A stretch of 64,000 nucleotides of DNA from Eledone cirrhosa (taxonomy: Eukaryota), in assembly GCA_964016885.1 (NCBI GenBank), contig OZ024745.1:128092001-128156000 (forward strand), written 5' to 3'. Made by a program: the position numbers and the translations under genes. The notes under the pieces were generated by a model, which was not told where the DNA came from, did not search any database, and saw only the letters and a list, made by a program, of their open reading frames with translations. Every line of letters begins with the position of its first letter. Position 1 is the first letter of the stretch. Below are positions 12,917 through 24,822 of this stretch, one piece after another.

Positions 12917-13798
12917 TCAATACATAAACAGAGAAAGCCTTAAGCGATACTTCGACCAACTCCATCTCACTCAACAAACATTAGGATATATCTAAGTATT
13001 ATCCCAATTTAGTGTTTGTGGTGCTAACTAATCAGTATTTCGTGGATAGTATTATTTTATATGAGACATTATTAAATAAATATCTCTTTCCTTCCAGACG
13101 ATCGTTTCGTTATAAGATTTCTACAATTTTGGATAAATAATTTCCAGGTTATGTAGAAACTTGTATATAATCCATAGTTTTATACACAAGCGGGCTCTTA
13201 TAAACTCATCAGTGGATGCCCAAATAATATCGATATAAGAATTATATCGACATTAATAGATTAGTGATGGTCTCCCTCAGCGCTAAGAAGAGACTGGTAG
13301 ATTAGAAAATCCAGCAGTCCTCTCAAAGATAAAATACACGCTGTCCCCAAAAGGATAAAGGGAGGTCATCTTAAAATAAAATAATATACACGCTGGTCAT
13401 TTAAACCTGTTAGGTATTAACCACATAATAAATACATGTATGGACCACCCAAATACACACATAGCCATTCTCTAAGGCTAAATCAGACATGGGATACAAG
13501 GAAGATCAATCAGTATTTCATATAAAAAATAATAATTGTTTCTACTTTTGGCACAAGGCCAGCAAATACCCAGTGTATTACTGGTACTTTATTTTATCGA
13601 CCCCGTAAGGATGAAAGGCAAAGATAACCTCGGCGGGATTTAATATAAAAAATAAAAATAATAATAATAAAGAGAGTCATACCTTATATCTGGAAATCAT
13701 ATCAGGCCCCCAAGAGTATATATTCAATACATAAAAAGAGAAAGCCTTAAGCGATACTCCGACCAACTCTATCTCACTCAAGAAACATTAGGATATAC
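12917..13798 (-). mobile_element. Non-coding hammerhead-bearing element with terminal direct repeats of about 75 bp (Penelope pLTR/retrozyme-like), interrupted by a SINE fragment at 13530-13642
   Basis: ttcaatacataaa..gagaaagccttaagcgatact..cattaggatata occurs at about 12917-12990 and 13723-13797. Flanked by (TA)n. Confidence 0.7.
13093..13216 (-). ncRNA. Type I hammerhead ribozyme with extended stem II
   Basis: TCCA-CTGATGA-GTTTATAAGA-(about 75 nt)-TCTTATAAC-GAAAC-GATC-GTC-TGGA: intact core, GUC cleavage triplet, palindromic stem III ACGATCGT. Confidence 0.8.
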
Positions 13799-14003
13799 TT
13801 ATATATATATATGTGTGTGTGTGTGTTGAATCGAGAGTAACCACAGTAAGTAAGTTACTCAATATTAAGCAGAGTATAAATATTTAATATAGAAATGGCT
13901 TCTACAGGCTTAGAACTGTTTCATTCGAAGGAAATCATCAGGAAAGCGTTGCTGATATTCTTCCAATGAAACAGTTCTAGTCCTGTAGAAGCCATTTCTA
14001 TAT

Positions 14004-14072
<69 letters not shown>

Positions 14073-14912
14073 TGAAAGCAGCGATTCCTTGCTTAAACTT
14101 TAATCTGCTATTTTACTATATATATTGTGTCACGTTAACATACACCCCTCCCTATATATATATATATATATATATATAGGGGTGGTATGCTAACGTGACA
14201 CAAAGAAACCGCATATATGTGTGCAATTGCGTATTTCATTGTATATGAATATGCTTGCAGGAGGGGGTATGTGTGTTTACTTGTGTATTTGGCTGTATGC
14301 GGGTGTTGACATTGGTAAAAGAGAGTACTTTGTTTGATGGGTATTTTTCGGGCTGGTGTGACGTATTTTGATAAGTGAAGTTTCATTATCGTGACTGCAT
14401 TGTTTTTTCTACTGTGTGGATAATTATATTCGCAAAAACGTTCACCTCCCATTCTGGACTTGTATTTTTAAAGAAAGGTTAGACAATTCTTTGTATGTGT
14501 ATGATTAACCGTCTTAAGATGGACTTATATTTATAGCCTAAGTAACAGTTCTGGTGAATTTTGGAACTCATAGAACATATACGGGAATATATTTTATTTT
14601 TGGAGTAAATTATGGAGACATTTAAGATTTTATCATGTGTATTTATCAGACAGCAGTTAAAATAACTTACTGCGTAAATTTCTGTCTTCACTGTTGCAGA
14701 ATTTAGCTCCTGATTGTTAAAGTCTTGTGTAGAACGAATGAAATATAGTACAATAAAAAATGGAAAATAAATATGGAAAATAAAAGTTACATGTTGTTAA
14801 GCTCGGGATCTAGTACTATTACCTTGTAAAATTTGATTTGATTTGGTCGAGCCGTTTGAGAATGCATAAGGAAAAGACAGACAGATATAAATAATTTTAT
14901 ATATAGAGAGAG

Positions 14913-14972
<60 letters not shown>

Positions 14973-15016
14973 AAGTGTACCGATGGAAGAATCAATTCTT
15001 AAAAATCCAATTTATT

Positions 15017-15119
15017 TCCTTACACGTGTTTCAAATGTGTTGTACATACAATTATTTGAAATTTTATCAAACATTTCGCATAATATAGTCATAATTGTAT
15101 TTTCCTTCTCTTCGGAAGA
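15017..15119 (-). ncRNA. Degenerate type I hammerhead with long stem II
   Basis: TCTT-CCGAAGA..ATACAATTAT..ATAATTGTAT..GAAAC-ACGT-GTA-AGGA. The core U4 is changed to C. It lies about 50 nt from a (TA)n tract. Confidence 0.5.
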
Positions 15120-16494
15120 GCGATAAAAGTTTCACAATGAGTGGCAATGTGAGTGAAATATCAATTTTACCATAGGCAGGAATGATGTACTTAAGATATG
15201 CATCATTTGTATGGTGTTAATATAAAACTTTAACAGTTTGTCTACGTGGTTCTCGTGTCGATATTTTACTAACTTTAAAGAAGTAAAAACGTTTTTGTAA
15301 CTGCGGTGTTTCAACTTTTCTGCGGGGTGTGAGATATAGACATTATACTGAAAGTGACTGGAAATGTTTGAAGTTAAACTATAACTAAAATCTGAACATT
15401 ATCATGAAGTCCTGTTGCCTTGACATAGAAACTATCATTATCTTCCAATAAAGAAGCGATGTTAAGTTAATGTAACTTCGTGGTGTCATGAAACAAAGAA
15501 TGGTTTCGCTAGCAAAGTCAACTGTTGTGCGTTCTCCCAAATATCTAAAGGGCATCAACATTAAAGAAGGCCTCATATTAGCTTCAAAGACAAAAAGCAT
15601 TAAATTATAAGCTGGAAAACATATAAAATAATACATTTACCACTTAATTTATCTTATGTACAATACTGCCTTAATGAAAAGCCACACTTGTCGCTATTGA
15701 TTAAAAAAAACACAAATACTTATACGCCCCGTCACACACAAATTCACACATTCACACATACTCATATGTATGAATGCATACGTGTGTGAATATATGTGTG
15801 TGTGTGTGTGGTTGAGTGCATGTGTGTGTATGTGTTTATGTGTGTATGTGTGTGTGTTTGAGGGAATGTGTGTAGGTATGTGTGTATGTGTGTGCATGTA
15901 TGTGTGTGCGTGTTTGTGTTTGAGTGCATGTGTGTATGTATGTATGTGTGTATATGTGCGCGTGTATATTTGTGTGTGTATGTATATGTGTATATGTGTG
16001 TGTGTTTGTGTGTGTGCGCGTGTGTATATATGAGTGCATGTTTGTGTTTGTGTGTGTATGTGTATGTGTATGGGTGTGTCTGTGTGTGTCTGTGTGTATG
16101 TGTGTGTGTGTGTGTGATTGTATGTATGTATTCATTCATAGTCAGTTTGACCTTTGTCGAAGATTAAATTACCATTATCATGCCCCTCGGAAAATAGCAT
16201 TTCTCATTCCCAAATCTCTCCCAGTAACAACATTTTTTTTTTCATCTTTTAGTTTTATAAATAACGGGAAATACTAGAGTAATCCTGTATCCCTCCCAGT
16301 TTATTTTGTTCTATTTTACAAAGATGGACGAATCGACATCTGTTCATGTTAAATTAATGTATTTAATGTTTGATTTGAAGTTGTTTCTCTTTAACAATTG
16401 TCGTTAAAAACAAAATAGGGACGAACAGATAAATTCCAAAGTTATGCAAGTTCAAATAGCTATTAATAAAGGTCAGCGAACTACACTGCTGTAT

Positions 16495-17022
16495 TAATAA
16501 TTGTTTATACTGTTGGCACAAGGCCAGCAATTACCCCAGTGCATTACTGGTGCTTCATTTTATTGACCCCGTAAGGATGAAAGGCAAAGCTAACCTCAGC
16601 GGGATTTGAAATCAGACCGTAAAGGGCCGTAACACTATGCTGCAAATTATAGCGTCCGACCCTGGTGTATTAATAATTGTTTCTACTTTTGGCACAAAGC
16701 TAGCAAATACCCCAGTACATTACTGGTGCTTCATTTTATTGACCCCGTAAGGAAGAAAGACAAAGCTAACCACAGCAGGATTTGAAATATGACGGTAAAG
16801 GGCCGTAACTCTATGCTATAAAGCATGGCATCCGGCCCTGGTGTACTAATAATTGTTTCTATTTTGGCATAATTCCAGCAATTACCCCAGTGCATTAATG
16901 GTGCTATATTTTATCGACCCCGTAATCCTCGACGGGATTTGAAATTAGAACGTAAAGGGCCATAACTCCATGCTGAAAACATGGTGTCTAGTGCTCTACC
17001 GATACTGCCAATTCATCGCCCT
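16495..17022 (-). mobile_element. Three tandem SINE copies
   Basis: Units of about 180 bp joined by the shared junction ccctggtgtattaataattgt. This suggests local tandem duplication. Confidence 0.85.
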
Positions 17023-17049
17023 TATCTTTTTTTCTTTTTGAGAGTACAT

Positions 17050-17515
17050 GATGGTGATGGTGGTTGTGGTTTTGGCGGTGCTGGTGGTGGCGGTGATGGT
17101 GGTGGCGGTGGTGGTGGTGGCGGTGATGGTGGTGGCGGTGATGGTGGTGGTGGTGATGGTGGGTGGCGGTGATGGTGGGTGGCGGTGATGGTGGTGGCGG
17201 GGATGGTGGATGGCAGTGATGGTGGCGGTGGTGATGGTGGCAGTGGTGGTTGTAGTGGTGATGGTGGTGGCGGTGATGGTGGTGGTGGTGATGGTGGATG
17301 GCGGTATTGTTGATAAAAAGTATTGAAGAGTATTATTCTTTTTGATCAATGCAAAATGGTTTGTGAACCAGGATAGACCTTATTTCCCAGTTTTGTGTTT
17401 GTTTATGTATGTATATATGTATGTATGTATATATGTATGTATGTATATATGTATGTATGTATATATGTATGTATATATGTATATATGTATGAATGTATAA
17501 ATGTATGTATATATG

Positions 17516-17549
<34 letters not shown>

Positions 17550-18143
17550 TGTATGTATGTATGTATGTATGTATGTATGTATGTATGTATGTATGTGTGT
17601 GTGTGTGTGTACGTATATATGTATGTATATATATGTATGTATGTATGTATGTTATCTCTTTCTCTTAATTTCGAGTATATTTATTTGACCGGCCACCTTC
17701 CTGGTGGCAATGTTGTAAAAGAAAAGTATGTATGTATGTATGTATGTGTGTACGTATGTATGTATTGTGTATGTATCTATGTATGTATGTGTGCATGTAC
17801 GTATATATTTATGTATACATGTATATATGTATGTATTTATGTATGCATGTATGTATGTGTGTACGTATGTATGTATTGTGTATGTATGTATGTATATATA
17901 TGTGTGCATGTACGTATATATTTATGTATGCATGTATATATGTGTGTATTTATGTATGCATGTATGTTAGTATTTATGTATACATGTATGTGTGTGTATG
18001 CATGTATGTATGTATGTACATATGCATGTATGAATGTATGTATATATGTATGTACGTAAGTGTATATATATATATACGTGTGTGTGTGTGTGTATATACA
18101 TACTAAATACGTACATACATATATATATGTATGTATATATTCG

Positions 18144-18224
<81 letters not shown>

Positions 18225-18240
18225 ATATATTTTTATATAT
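17050..18240. repeat. (GGT)n, (TATG)n and (TA)n simple-repeat block
   Basis: Direct reading. Explains the many Y/V/C/M/I ORFs. Confidence 0.95.
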
Positions 18241-18460
18241 ATGAAAATGTTTAACCCCGACGGCAGAGCTTAAGCTGTTTCGACGGCTATTTCTGGACTG
18301 AAATAGCCGTAGACACGGCTTGAGCTCTGCCGTCGGGGTTAAACATTTTCCCATTACCCACTCTAATACCCCAAGTATTGAGTACTCTGGTGCGTTATGG
18401 TCCATCAAGTTCCTTACCACACTTGCTTCGTTTTAAATATATATACAGTATATATATATC

Positions 18461-18525
<65 letters not shown>

Positions 18526-19357
18526 AATATATATCGGTATATATATATCCGTAATTTAAGTATACCATCTAAAATACACAAGTGAGGAGCTTTTAAACTC
18601 TAAATAGAGATCTAAATTTACGGTATACTTCGGCAGTTTAGCGCACAACATATCAGGTTATTACGTATGAAATATCCGATATTATATTATATTATATTAT
18701 ATTATATTATATTATATTATATTATAGTGACGTCCCTTTGCGGTCTGAGTTCAAATCCCGCCGAGGTTAACTTTGCCTGCCTAAAAAAATACACCATTTC
18801 AATAACAGATATGTTATAGTAAAGAGAGGTAAACAAGAGGATTCATTTGATATCTCGATGGAGTAATACGGCAACTCTTATGTGTGTGACCTATATAGAT
18901 TAGTTATTCTTGAGACAGTAAAGAATAAATTCCTTGATAACGCCATTGGTATATATCGAAACGTTTGCATGGCTTTATAACACACTTGTGACAAGCATAT
19001 CTTAAGCATAACTTTAGTTATGTAAATAATCATTACGTGTCTTCTATAAGCTAGGACTAAAAGACTCAGATAAGATGAATCTCTCAAAGACTAACTTCCT
19101 AGATATAACCCAATTTAACAGCTTCTTGCAAGACCGGCATAAGCCAAATGGAAAACTTAAATACGTAACCATAAGTTTTTTGTCAACTTCCTGTAGTTAT
19201 TAAAAATCTCTTCCTTTGTATAAGCCTTAGAATATCCATATAAATATTAATTAAGATATATAAAAACCTTTTTATTTTGAAAATGTTTCCATAAAAGTAT
19301 TCATTAAAAGTTTTCTATGAAACTTTCTCATGAATATTATTGTGCAGTATCAGTAGA

Positions 19358-19545
19358 GTGGATTGTCAGCATAGGTAGAGGGTCTGAGACCATGCTTTGA
19401 AGCATAGAGTTACGGCCCTTGCCATTCTGAGTTCAAATCCCGCCGAGGTTACTTTGCCTTTCATCCTTACGGGGTCGATAAAATAAAGTACCAGTAATGT
19501 ACTGAATAATTGCTGGCCGTGTGCCAAAAGTAGAAACAATTATTG
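19358..19545 (+). mobile_element. SINE copy
   Basis: gtggattgtcagcataggtagaggg...gagttcaaatcccgccgagg...gtgccaaaagtagaaacaattatt. Confidence 0.85.
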
Positions 19546-19916
19546 GGCTGAACACATAAAATTTACATAATTATGTGAAAATAGAAAAATGTAATTCGAG
19601 TTAAAGCATTTTTTAAAGATAATTTTGAAAATTAGAAAAATGATATATGAGCGAATATGTATTGTAAACATTTAGTATTTAATAATTATTGACGTATTTC
19701 ATTGCAAAGTTTCAGAAACTATTCTTCGTAAATTTAAGTACAATAAAACTCAAAGCAGGTCAAGTATAAGTTAATTTTTCGTATATTGTCTGCAACTGCA
19801 TACGCACACAAATATGCATGTATACTCTAATACACGAAACTGATACATGTACGAAGTGCGTGTATATATATATATATATATATATAAATATAAATATGTA
19901 TATGTAAATGTATATA

Positions 19917-19978
<62 letters not shown>

Positions 19979-20135
19979 AACGAGTAGGACCCCGACGGCT
20001 GAGCTCAAGCCGTTTCGACGGCTAATTCTGTCCAGAATTAGCCGTCGAAACGTTCCTATTACCCACTCTACTACCCTAAGTATTGAGTACTTTGGTGCGT
20101 TATGGTCCACCTGGTTCCTTACCACATTTCTTCCG

Positions 20136-20201
<66 letters not shown>

Positions 20202-20311
20202 ATACATATATATATACCTATACATATATATATATATATATATATACATATATATATACATATACATATATATATATATGTATATATATATGTATATACA
20301 TATATACATAT

Positions 20312-20350
<39 letters not shown>

Positions 20351-20363
20351 TATATACCTATAC

Positions 20364-20399
<36 letters not shown>

Positions 20400-20945
20400 G
20401 TATATATATATATGTATATATATATATGTATATATATATATGTATATATACATTGCCAGAGTCTTAAGACGTCCAATAGACTGTTTACAATATTCGTCTC
20501 CCCTTATTGCGTTCTCTGAGTTGAAATCACACTGCGGTCAACTTTGCTTTTCATTGTTTCGAGATCGATAAAAAAGTACCAGTTCAATAATGGGATCAAT
20601 TCTTTCTCTATAGAAAAAATCGGCTGCGTTTAGACCTGAAAAGGGCTGGGCTCCACCCGGATTAAAAGATCCCTAGACATACCGTATGACGGTCCTCTAC
20701 AATTCCACAAGGAGTTATGGGATCTTTTATCCTTATATATATGTATAGGAGGTTATAGTGTAATAGTTCAGTATTTTTATTTGTAAGAGGAGTAACCTCG
20801 ATACACTGTTTTAGCCCTTCCTTCTTTATGAGAAAGAAGGAACTGGAAGAATAAAGGGCAGTCCCAGTAGCAAAACATTTACAATTCAAAATTCAATAAG
20901 ACCAAGGATTAGTATTATTAATAATACTAAGTCTTGGTCTTGTTG

Positions 20946-20992
<47 letters not shown>

Positions 20993-21032
20993 TATTTAGA
21001 TACACACACACACAGACTCATACACACACACG

Positions 21033-21152
<120 letters not shown>

Positions 21153-22339
21153 ATGGGACTGCAGTATAATTAACGCTAAATTATAATAATTCAAAACAAT
21201 CAAAATTAAGTTATAATTATGTTATAAATTTAATAAGAATGTAAAGCATATACTGGCACCTACTGTGACTGTGTTTGTTTCGTCTGTGTGTGTGTACTGC
21301 CTTTAGCGATATTATTGAAATAAATCGCCAAGTTATGTTATTATGAAATTCAACACCGATATATATTTTGTGCTCCCTTGACTATCGGTAAATGTTAACA
21401 GGATAAACTACATAGAGAGTGGAATTAATTACACAACTACATGCTTTGTTAACTACATAATGCCATTTCCGCTGGTAATGGTCTATTTATGAGATATTAT
21501 GTCTAGAATTTTTCAATTTTCTTCTTTTCAACGATGGAAGTCGCAAATTCATATAACCTAGTCTATGGAATATTACACAGATTATTTTCCTGCAATACGT
21601 TCTGATGCATTTGCTGTATTTAGTTGTGGTTTTCTACCTATTGAGTTCAAATCCCACTGAAGTCAATGTCACCTTTCCTCTTTTCAGATTCAATAAACTA
21701 CTAAGGTTGATATAATCGACTTACCCATCCTTTCAATTGCAGGCCTTGTGCCAATATTAGAAAGAATTATTACTATCGCCTCCATCACTACCACTGCAGC
21801 CACATCAAACCTTTAAGCGAACGTTCAACCTGCTAGAAAGAGCAGTTAAATCTATCCTTTTTTTTAATACAATAATTGTATATATATTAGTTGTAGCAAA
21901 CGATAAAAGCAAAGCCAGAGTTCAGGTTCAATTACCACATATCGATTGATTCTCCTTATGCATTGAATCTATCTTCACTGTGACCTCCAAATATATTGGG
22001 AAATACAAATGTCTTCCACAATACCATTACCACTGTATCAACCAATGCTTCCATCCCTATAACTAGATTAATCTTCTAGTAAATATACCGAGCTCTTGGT
22101 ACAATTATGTACAATCTATGACACATTCGTTGGAGAATTAAACAAAATGTAGTTGATAAGTGTCCAGATATGTTGGTGACAGTTGTTTCTGACTGACCCA
22201 CTAGAAGGAGTGAATGAGGACCCTGCCCCCACAACCCTTTCAGGCATAAGTTGGCGAAGAAAAAGAGAACTAGTTAATAAGTGATTATTATTGCTGTTGT
22301 TGTTATCGACTAAATTATTAAAATTATTATCGTTAAGAA

Positions 22340-22615
22340 ATAAAGTACCAGTAATGCACTGGGTCGATTTAATTGACTTTCCCCTCCTCTAAAATTGTTG
22401 GCCTGTACCTAAATCAGAAACCATTATCACTCCTTCAAGGACGGTGGAGGGTCGGACGCTATGCTTTGTCGCATAGAGTTACGGTCCTTGCCATTCTGAG
22501 ATCGAATCCCGCCGAGGTTAACTTTGCCTTTCATCCTTACAGGGTCGATAAAATAAAGTACCAGTAATGCACTGGGTAATTGCTGGCCTTGTGCCAAAAG
22601 TAGAAACAATTATTA
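22340..22615 (+). mobile_element. SINE 3' fragment (long subtype) followed by a near-complete short-subtype copy
   Basis: Matches the family core and tail. Confidence 0.8.
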
Positions 22616-22922
22616 CTCCTTCATGTTTATATTGGAAAAAAAACGTTCGTAAACCAATCAACTTTTCGCGATCGAGGGTTCCTCTTCTGAATGACAGAGA
22701 CTCAGTCGCGCCTCGTTCCACCATTTTGTAATATGCAGTAATTATGTTAGAACTGTTACAATCGTGATCGCTGAATTTAAGATTATTTATAGCTAACTCC
22801 TTGTTACTCTCGTAACTTATATCACATTTATTTTTTCAATTGGTTTGTGGTTTGTATGTTGCTAAAGTCAAGTTTCCACATTTACACTTGTGTGTGTGAG
22901 TGTGTGTGTGCGCGTGTGTGTG

Positions 22923-22954
<32 letters not shown>

Positions 22955-24822
22955 AGTGCGTGTATGTGTGTGTTTGTGTGTGTGATTCTATATAGGATGG
23001 TGGTGTACCAACTAATTCTTTTTTCCTAGTTTCGTTTCGTGTTTCTTTTTTTTTGGGTTTTACGGAACAGTAGATATACAGAAAAGGGGCCCTTCAAAGT
23101 TTTTCATGTTTACCTCCATCTCATTTTAAGGATCTCCAGTAACCGCTTAACTGAACATATGAGTGTAAATTTGGAATCTGTTTCTTTTTTCTTGACATTA
23201 TCATTCATTACCATAATCATTAGTCATAAGTAAAAATGTATACAGCAGCTTTAACATATTCTCTTCTGAATATATCTGGAAATATTTTCTAGCAAGTGTG
23301 AATGAAGGATCAAGTCGTATTGCAAGCTATGTATTAGTCACCTTCATGTGAAAAGCAATCAAATTGTATTTATAAACTTCTTGTATGATTTCGTTTTTCT
23401 GTTTGCATGTTTCAAGTCACCCTTGAAATGAATTCTTTTCCTTAACATTGTTAACACTACGTAGAGAATCAGGAATGCCATACTATACTCTTTTCCTGTA
23501 CATTTATAATGTTTTGGTTTGTTACAAATCAATATATGAAAAAGGAATTTATCTAAGTGTTGTTTACCTCGTGTCCTAGTACAATGTTTGCTATTTGGTC
23601 TAGCAAGTTTCTTGGGGTATTTCAACTTAATAGATTTCAAATTCGTATCTCCTGGTAATGCTCCGAAATACTTTGTATAATATTGTTTCTTGCTTCGTCT
23701 TATTTGCCTTTAATCACACAATTAAACATTAATTAAATTAATCTAAAGTGAGCGTGCGGTATTATTTTGTCTTTCTTCCTTAGTTATACTTGTTTACATT
23801 TAGCCTACACGAATTTTATTACGGTTTATAAATTGATTTTTGATTTAGACATGCTGGAGAATAGATGAATGTCTAGTACTCATTTTATTGACCATGAATT
23901 GATAAATGTTAGATTTATCTCGGTCAGATTCGAACATAAAATGGCGTAACTACATGTTGCAGGGCATGTGGTTTGTCGCTCTAATATAATCGCTAGTAAC
24001 TGTTTTTGCGTGGTCCATAATTGAAAAGGAAATATAGTCAAGGAAACTGGCAAGCAATGGAAAGGATTTAGCAAAAACAAATTTATTTTGTCAAAACTGG
24101 TGGTGGTAGGTGAAATAGAGGTACATCCGAATAAGACGAAATTTATTTAAATGTTGAATCTCAAATCCGTGTCGTATCTGTAGATAAGATAAATAACTTA
24201 ACTGTAGATAGAGTAAATATTTGATTTATCCGACACCTTGTTAGGTTAAAAAAATTATGCAGTCTTCGATATCCTTTTAAAATAAGTGATAGAAATTGTA
24301 TATAAAAGCAAATAGATATAAAAATATATTGAACATTTATAACTTCTTTTAGTAACAAATCAGTTGAAATAATTTGAAACATCAGTACACATATTTATTT
24401 TTAGTTAGTTTGACTGGGCCGCATGTTAAGTGTTTTGAGAAAAATCATGTGGTGATGCGGTGCAAACCATTAACAGAATGTCGGACATCCTATACAATTG
24501 GTTACCTTCATGTGCACTGTTGGAAACGAACGTATAAAAATCCCTCATAACTCTTAATTAGTCAGGACTTCGTTGACTCACTTTGGATGTTGTATAACTC
24601 AGATTAAGTCTTTCTCACGTAGGATCTTGAGCAAAGGCATTCCAGCCATGACTATCATGAGTTTTTCCTGTTTTCAAGAAACCCAGTAGTGCTACACAAG
24701 ATATGAGTATAAGGGGATATGGTTGCTATTTCTAACAGGTCAGGGGATTTGTGTGGATTCATATGTTGAATCCCATAATAAACGATGCTTTTGAACTAGA
24801 ATCTGAAATAGCAAATAATGTG

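Noticed and set aside
15694-20571. Many YI/VC/HT/MYVC-repeat ORFs (also 36-39 kb, 41-46 kb, 51-55 kb, 62-63 kb)
   Set aside because: Translations of (TA)n, (TG)n and (TATG)n microsatellites.
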